DNA of 64,000 nt from an uncultured Myxococcales bacterium (lineage in GTDB: Bacteria > Myxococcota_A > Bradymonadia > UBA7976 > VGTA01). Each line of letters begins with the position of its first letter. Position 1 is the first letter of the stretch. Both the position numbers and the translations under genes were made by a program. This document shows positions 58,255 to 64,000 of the stretch, one piece after another. Under the pieces are notes generated by a model. It saw only the letters and a list, made by a program, of their open reading frames with translations. It was not told where the DNA came from and ran no database searches. The stretch is taken from positions 5,154 through 69,153 of the forward strand of contig CAKZRU010000041.1 of assembly GCA_937146725.1 (NCBI GenBank), given 5' to 3'.

Positions 58255-60351
58255 GTGCAACTCACTAAGCTCTCACCCATTACCACTTGCACCGCAGATC
58301 AAAGTGATGAGACTCAGTTCTCAGTAAAGATGAAAGGTGCACCTGAAATACGCTTTACCCTTGGACAGCATGCGCCTCAGGCCGATCTTTCAATTTGGGT
58401 TGAACAGGGACATACTCGTCTTTTGGTCGCATTAACTGTTGGACCTCCTCCTGCTCATGCAGATTTTAGACCTTTGACCGTTGATTATCTTGAGCGTCCA
58501 AGCGCTGTGGGTAATATGCCCGGTAATTTCCAACGCCGTGAGCTGAGACAAAGCGATCATGAAATCCGCGTCAGCCGTTTAATTGACCGCGCTCTACGTC
58601 CTTTATTCGATGCTGAAGAACGACGCGAGATTCACTTGGTTGTCCAAGTTCTGAGCGTTGATTCTAAAATTGATCTAGTAGGTTTAGCGATTACAAGTGC
58701 CGGTTTAGCGGCCTCTTGTTCTCAATTACCTTTTAATGGTCCGATATTGGGTGCATCACTCATCCTAGATAATGAAACAGATGTTCTTGATGCGATTCTT
58801 TGTCCTGCAAGTCAAGACTTTGAATGGGTGATGACAGCACATCAGGGTGGGTTAGTCATGATTGAAGGTGGGGCAAATGAGCATCTAAGTTCAGCCAAAG
58901 ACTTAGTACATGCCCTTAAGTCCTTTGTTGATGAACAGCAAGAAGCCCTTGACGCATTGGCGGGTTTCGCTCAGCAATATGCCGATCAGGTGAAACCTTA
59001 TCATTCACCGATTGAGGTGGTTGAGCATCCGGCTTTTGACAACTGTTTAAGCGATTTAGCTGCAGCGCTTCGTGAACAGGATAAGCGAGCTCGTGAGCAG
59101 AAATATAATCTTATTCTCGATACACTCAAGCGAGAGGTTGGTGCAGAGCCAAGTGCGGTTGAGTTGACTTTATGGTCTTTGGCTCGTGCCTATTTAAGAG
59201 CAGAGGCTTTAGAAGGACGTCGTCAAGATGGTCGTGCTTTGCATGAAATGCGCCCTTATCAATTTAAGACCGGTGTTTTACCTCGCTCTAGTGGCTCAGC
59301 GATGGTCACTCGTGGTTCTACACAAGTTTTGGTAAGCGCTGTTCAAGGTGGACACTCAGATTCACCAAGCTATGAGACTCTATTTAATCAAGGTCGACCA
59401 GACTTATTCTGCCACTATAATTTCCCTGGATATGCTACGCATCAAATTCGCCAAGGACGCGCACCTAACCGTCGAGAAATTGGTCATGGACTATTGATTC
59501 AAAGAGCCTTAACCCCTTTATATCAATCCAAGCGTGGTAAAAGCCTACGAGTGCTTGCTGATGTCTTAAGCTCTGATGGTTCATCATCTATGGCATCTGT
59601 GATTGGTGCTAATCTTGCCTTAGCTCAAGCCGGCCATCACTTAAGTGAGCCAGTGGTTGGTGTATCTATTGGTCTGGTCACCGAGGATGATCTATCCAAG
59701 GCAGTCTTATTAATGGATATTACCGGTGACGAAGATTATTACGGCGACATGGACTTCAAAGTCGTCGGTAGCCGTAATGGAATCAGCGCCTTACAGCTCG
59801 ACAACAAGCTCGGTGCTTTGTCATGGGAAGTGATCGATGAGGCGATTGAAGCTGCAAGTTCAGCACACGCTTTGCTTTTAGACGAAATTGAGCCACATTT
59901 AGAGCCCTTTGGGGCACCGGTTGAGCGTTTCACTGCCCATATCGAAATTTCTCCCAAGTTGATTGGTAGAGTGATTGGCAAGCAAGGAGAGACTCTAAAG
60001 GCTGCCGAAAGAGAGTTCAATGTTCAGATTTCTATCGATAAGGGTAGCTCGCAAGTAAACGTAATTGGTGAAGATGAAGCCAAGGTACAACTTGCTTTAC
60101 AAAAGATGAAAGCTTTGGGCACTCCTCTTAAGAATGGCGAAGAGTTTGACGCTAACATTGATGGCGTGAAAGACTTTGGCGTGTTTGTCAGCTTTGATCA
60201 CCACAGTGGCCTAGTTCACATTAGCCAGCTTCGCAGCGAAGGTGGAGATGCCACCGAGCACTATAAAGTTGGTGAAAGCTTAAAGGTTAAGGTGATGGGC
60301 GTAGACCAAAAGGGTCGTTTAAAACTCAGTCATCTTGCTACCCAAGCCTAA
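58255..60351 (+). CDS. pnp: polyribonucleotide nucleotidyltransferase (PNPase)
   Basis: GTG start with GGAGG 5 nt upstream; two RNase PH-like domains, KH (IGRVIGKQGETLK) and S1 (DFGVFVSFDHHSGLVHISQL...GESLKVKVMGVDQKGRLKLS) domains. Confidence 0.9.
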   Translation: MQLTKLSPITTCTADQSDETQFSVKMKGAPEIRFTLGQHAPQADLSIWVEQGHTRLLVALTVGPPPAHADFRPLTVDYLERPSAVGNMPGNFQRRELRQSDHEIRVSRLIDRALRPLFDAEERREIHLVVQVLSVDSKIDLVGLAITSAGLAASCSQLPFNGPILGASLILDNETDVLDAILCPASQDFEWVMTAHQGGLVMIEGGANEHLSSAKDLVHALKSFVDEQQEALDALAGFAQQYADQVKPYHSPIEVVEHPAFDNCLSDLAAALREQDKRAREQKYNLILDTLKREVGAEPSAVELTLWSLARAYLRAEALEGRRQDGRALHEMRPYQFKTGVLPRSSGSAMVTRGSTQVLVSAVQGGHSDSPSYETLFNQGRPDLFCHYNFPGYATHQIRQGRAPNRREIGHGLLIQRALTPLYQSKRGKSLRVLADVLSSDGSSSMASVIGANLALAQAGHHLSEPVVGVSIGLVTEDDLSKAVLLMDITGDEDYYGDMDFKVVGSRNGISALQLDNKLGALSWEVIDEAIEAASSAHALLLDEIEPHLEPFGAPVERFTAHIEISPKLIGRVIGKQGETLKAAEREFNVQISIDKGSSQVNVIGEDEAKVQLALQKMKALGTPLKNGEEFDANIDGVKDFGVFVSFDHHSGLVHISQLRSEGGDATEHYKVGESLKVKVMGVDQKGRLKLSHLATQA

Positions 60352-60408
60352 CTAGCCAAGCCTAAAAAACCAAGCTAATCTACTCGATACAAAGCTTGAT
60401 CCGCTGGT

Positions 60409-61716
60409 TTATGTTCGAGGTGTTTTACTGTTCTCTAGTCGTAATACACCTCTTGGACAAACACTAGCACAGACTCCACAGCCTACGCATGAAGCTCTCA
60501 CAATAACTTGGCCTTCTTGTGCGTAGGCTCGTACATCAATGCCCATTTCGCATTGAGCAGAGCATTGACCACAGCTCACACACTGTCCGCTGTTTGTGCT
60601 GATTCTAAAGCGGCTGAAAAAACGCTGTAGAATCCCTAAAATCGCAGCCTGTGGACAGCCAAATCGACACCAAACTCTGCTGCCAAGCAAGGGATAAAAA
60701 CCAACGCCAATGACACCACTAAAAATGAGAGTAATCCAAAGGCCATATCCTCCCCAAAACCAACGTGAACCATCTTCACCGAGTAAAGTTCGTCCACCGC
60801 TTTCATTGATCCATAAGGTGACTGTTACAGCAATGGTCAGCAAAAGGCTTGCATGGATCATATAACGTTCCAAACGCCACATATTTTGGCCTTTTGGACT
60901 TTGAGTTCTCCAAATATCGCCAAAGGTTTCAGCTAAAGCACCACAACCACAAACCCAAGAACAATACCAACGCTTGCCAAAATAGTAAGTTAATATAGGT
61001 GTGGCCACAAAGGACATCATCGCGCCCCATAAGAGCATGGCTCTACCCACAGCCAGACCGTTGACTCGAGCGCTGATGAGTCCACTGTTGGGGTCCATAA
61101 TGTAGTCAAAAGGCAAAAGATAGTCGGCCTTAAGTGGCCAAAAATAGGTAAAGTAAAAGTCAGGAAGCTGGGCTTTTTTGAGTAAAGCGGGTAATAAAAA
61201 TGCAAAGATGAGCTGAAAAAAGACCAAGCAGGCTGTTCTGAGTCTGTGATAGCGAACATGGCCGTGTTTTTTTAATGAGGTATAACCAAAAATAGCGACA
61301 GCATAAGTATATAAGAAACTATAAAGAAACCACTGATCAGCAACTGTATTTGTCAAAAGTTCAGACAATGGTGAAAGCAGTAAGATCCAGCCACGTATCC
61401 AGTTTGGTTGAAAATAAACCGCAATATAAAAGCTACAAAGCGCAAAACTACTGAGCCAACGACCTTTTTTAGATTGAAGCGGCTTAAGGATATTTTGATC
61501 TTGCTTAAGTGCCAAAAATAATGTGCTTAAAAAGAAGCCCCAAGTACTTAGTCCGGCTAATATCGAGCCTAAAGTCTCAATTAGCTGGTCTGCAAAGAGT
61601 AGGCTTCCCATCTGAATGAAGCAGGCGACTGCAAACAACGAGATCACCAAGGAAGGTTCTTCCGCTGGACTTTGAGCATAGCTCCTAACATGTTGAGCAT
61701 CAGCTGGGTTTGACAT
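60409..61716 (-). CDS. polytopic membrane 4Fe-4S ferredoxin-type protein (NapH/MauN/RdxA-like)
   Basis: CX3C(G/P) motifs YCSWVCGCG and WCRFGCP in membrane domain; C-terminal two 4Fe-4S ferredoxin motifs CVSCGQCSAQC and CVGCGVCASVCP. Confidence 0.7.
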   Translation of the reverse strand: MSNPADAQHVRSYAQSPAEEPSLVISLFAVACFIQMGSLLFADQLIETLGSILAGLSTWGFFLSTLFLALKQDQNILKPLQSKKGRWLSSFALCSFYIAVYFQPNWIRGWILLLSPLSELLTNTVADQWFLYSFLYTYAVAIFGYTSLKKHGHVRYHRLRTACLVFFQLIFAFLLPALLKKAQLPDFYFTYFWPLKADYLLPFDYIMDPNSGLISARVNGLAVGRAMLLWGAMMSFVATPILTYYFGKRWYCSWVCGCGALAETFGDIWRTQSPKGQNMWRLERYMIHASLLLTIAVTVTLWINESGGRTLLGEDGSRWFWGGYGLWITLIFSGVIGVGFYPLLGSRVWCRFGCPQAAILGILQRFFSRFRISTNSGQCVSCGQCSAQCEMGIDVRAYAQEGQVIVRASCVGCGVCASVCPRGVLRLENSKTPRT

Positions 61717-61801
61717 ACATACTCCTGTGGTGGCTTTACCTTATGGCTTTGTGTCTTAAGCCTTAAGTCTACTTTAGACTTAGCACAAGTTTACCCAAAG
61801 C

Positions 61802-63973
61802 TTAATTTAAGTCTAGTTGGCTCCAAGCTTCAGCTAAGCCTTTTTGGGCTGGTAAATAGATAAATACTTGATAATGACCTGGGTTCATCTGGATCGGTAC
61901 TTGTGCTTTAAAACGATAAAAGCCCCGAGCATCAATTTGACCCCAGCCGGAAAGCACGACTCCATCTATTTTACTTTTTAAGGCGGCTAAAATATAGCTA
62001 TTCTTAAGTAAGTTTTTTTGCTTGCGGGTCGCCTTTTTAATCCGCCCTTTAAGAGTCATTAAATCACAGCGATGTAAGTCGGTATTTGACAAAGAACGTA
62101 AGGTAATCTGCAGGTTTGAAGATGGCTTTGGAAGCTGATTGATTTCTTGATGAAGAAGTAGATTAAGGTCGCTTAATACTTGAGTTTGTACTTTTAAACT
62201 CAAGCGTGGGCGATTTTGATAAGCATTGGGACAGGAGGCAATATCAAAGCGAGCTTTAATGCTTTCTTCGAGTTCCTTTTGGTTATTCTTTAAAGCTTGA
62301 GTCTTAAAGGCTTGATTCTTTAAAGCTTGCGTGATTTCGGGTGCTGTTTTATCAAGGCGATCATTCCCTTTGTTCTTGATTAGAGAAGACGTAGAAGATG
62401 TTTCTTTGGTTGGGGGATTTATGTTTGTTGACTCAGTATCTTCTAATTCTTCCCCTCGTTCATGATTGACAGAGGTAAGTGATGATTTATTGGGACTTGG
62501 ATGATCTTGACCATTAGCCCTTGAACTGGTTGAGCTTTCTTTAGCTTCAATATCTTGTGGTTTTAGTTTTGAATGAGTTAAGTTCTGCTCACCTTGAGTC
62601 GTTTTTTGGGTTTGTAGTTTGTTTTGGATCTTTTCTTGCTCTTTTTGAGAACTTAAAAAAGGCTTTGGCTGTGGTAAGCCATCATCCGGTCGGTAAGTTT
62701 GGGGTGCTTGCTGAGTTTGATTGAGTACATCTTGGGTCAAACCAAGATCTTCTGGCGCAATCCCTTCTCCACCTAAATCAACCCTACGCCAGCGACCATT
62801 TGGATCCAATACTTCCACAAAGGCATGGACTTGATTGGTGACATAACGCGTGGGTATTCCCAAGGCTCTTGCGGTCACCATAAAGGCATAAGAACGGTGT
62901 CGACAAACACCAATTTGGCTCAGAGTTAAGCGCTCGTACACCGATCCACCTTGCTCGACTTGTTCACCAGGTACAAAGGCTCTAAAGTAATCACTGAGCT
63001 GAAAGATTAAATGCTCAAAAGAGTCAGAATGCTTTGCCTCAAGATTAAAAAGTTGTGCACTCAAATGAAGGGCCTGCCGTTGTAAGTCATCAGGTAAAGC
63101 AAGATTGGGGTGATCTTTGAGTTCTGATAAGCTTAGGCTTGAACGCCATGACCCCGAAAAATATGAAAGTGGAGCCGTGATCACCAAGGCTAATTTATCA
63201 AGCTTTTTTAGGCTTGAATCCGGAGGTGCTGAAAGATAAAAGTTGCCTGCATCATCTTGACTTAGGATCACAGTAGAACCCAGACCAAGGCTTACTAAAG
63301 ATTGCTCAGGAGAAACCGAGGCCACTCCCCGAGGGCGAGTCACATCAAGCCAATTTTGGGTAGAAAATATACCCATAAAACAAGCACTGCCTACTTGAAG
63401 GCAAAGTTGTTGTAAGCAGCCCATATCTAAATCTTGGGCCTGATACCACTGACGTTCACCGAGTGAGAGATAGTGATTTTGATCAGGGGATTCATTGCTT
63501 GCTGACTTTAAACAGGCCTTTAGTTGGGGCAGCTCAATATTTTCAATTTCAGTTAAACCACCGATCTGCACTGCAAGTTCACCGGAATCTTTAATCGTAT
63601 TCCAAACTGTCATTCGTTTATGAGGAGTAACACTTGGCATAAACTCATGGGTATAATTAGGCAAAATGGGTGTACCTTCTGTATCTAAATCCATTTGATA
63701 TTCTCTTTGATTACGAGAACTCGGTGATTCATACAAAGGTTGCTCAGTTGCTTGGCCAAGAGCATTCCAAAGTTCAGCTTGAGCTTGACTAAGTAGGGAA
63801 GGATTAAGATCGACAGGTAGAGATTCTTGACTTGTAAGCTGAGAATTTGAACGTTCTTTGGCCTTTTGCCACTGCCATAATCTGCGCATATATTTGGGAG
63901 GTGGGGTTGGCGCCTCACTCACGCGTATCGAGCTTTCTTTTAAAACATTAGCAAGTGATTTAATGGGGGGCAC
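61802..63973 (-). CDS. transglutaminase-like cysteine protease superfamily protein with long low-complexity linker; 5' end may extend beyond annotated GTG (no upstream in-frame stop before window end)
   Basis: Core GVCRHRSYAFMVTARALGIPTRYV...HAFVEV...WRRVD (Cys-His-Asp triad order of transglutaminase-like domain); GTG at 63973; upstream 27 nt in frame without stop. Confidence 0.65.
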   Translation of the reverse strand: MPPIKSLANVLKESSIRVSEAPTPPPKYMRRLWQWQKAKERSNSQLTSQESLPVDLNPSLLSQAQAELWNALGQATEQPLYESPSSRNQREYQMDLDTEGTPILPNYTHEFMPSVTPHKRMTVWNTIKDSGELAVQIGGLTEIENIELPQLKACLKSASNESPDQNHYLSLGERQWYQAQDLDMGCLQQLCLQVGSACFMGIFSTQNWLDVTRPRGVASVSPEQSLVSLGLGSTVILSQDDAGNFYLSAPPDSSLKKLDKLALVITAPLSYFSGSWRSSLSLSELKDHPNLALPDDLQRQALHLSAQLFNLEAKHSDSFEHLIFQLSDYFRAFVPGEQVEQGGSVYERLTLSQIGVCRHRSYAFMVTARALGIPTRYVTNQVHAFVEVLDPNGRWRRVDLGGEGIAPEDLGLTQDVLNQTQQAPQTYRPDDGLPQPKPFLSSQKEQEKIQNKLQTQKTTQGEQNLTHSKLKPQDIEAKESSTSSRANGQDHPSPNKSSLTSVNHERGEELEDTESTNINPPTKETSSTSSLIKNKGNDRLDKTAPEITQALKNQAFKTQALKNNQKELEESIKARFDIASCPNAYQNRPRLSLKVQTQVLSDLNLLLHQEINQLPKPSSNLQITLRSLSNTDLHRCDLMTLKGRIKKATRKQKNLLKNSYILAALKSKIDGVVLSGWGQIDARGFYRFKAQVPIQMNPGHYQVFIYLPAQKGLAEAWSQLDLN

Positions 63974-64000
63974 TTTATCTTGGGCCCAAGTTTGAGAATT

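Noticed and set aside
58330-60351. Alternative ATG start for pnp (MKGAPEIRF...) matching canonical PNPase N-terminus length
   Set aside because: The upstream GTG at 58255 has a strong GGAGG Shine-Dalgarno 5 nt away while the ATG has none. The longer form is kept, but the start remains uncertain.

Overview
This is a 64-kb chromosomal window, roughly 45% GC, with about 45 protein genes and one tRNA. Its gene content (exbB-exbD-tonB, many FHA and DUF4388-like signalling proteins, FG-GAP and Cys-rich giant surface lipoproteins, a stressosome) points to a Bdellovibrionota-, Oligoflexia- or Myxococcota-like Gram-negative. That lineage call is low confidence.

Ordinary housekeeping genes present are rpsU, uppS, pnp (directly downstream of tRNA-Trp), an isolated murE-like ligase, two RluA-family pseudouridine synthases, an acyl-CoA dehydrogenase, an SDR and the exbB-exbD-tonB operon.

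The accessory or unusual content is:
(1) An enormous 1619-aa lipoprotein built from about 60-65 tandem 4-cysteine modules with an embedded PPC-like beta-sandwich domain. Its stop overlaps the start of a MurE-like ligase carrying a roughly 230-aa C-terminal extension, and a short paralog lies upstream.
(2) A convergent operon of M15 peptidase, zinc-ribbon membrane protein and PqqE/anSME-like radical SAM/SPASM enzyme, with no visible precursor peptide. A stand-alone PqqD-like RRE protein lies 20 kb away, next to a 2356-aa FG-GAP/Ig-like adhesin.
(3) A complete stressosome module (globin-RsbR, RsbS, RsbT) fused operonically to a hybrid histidine kinase with an Hpt domain, facing a REC-adenylate cyclase response regulator.
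(4) A Dpm1-like GT2, a GT-C mannosyltransferase-like protein and a 2OG oxygenase in a cluster.
(5) A membrane FHA protein, a polytopic Sel1-repeat protein and an S24/S26 peptidase in a cluster.
(6) Several intergenic and in-frame tandem repeats.

No CRISPR arrays, transposases, integrases or rRNA were seen. All identifications come from reading motifs in the translated ORFs; no database search was possible.
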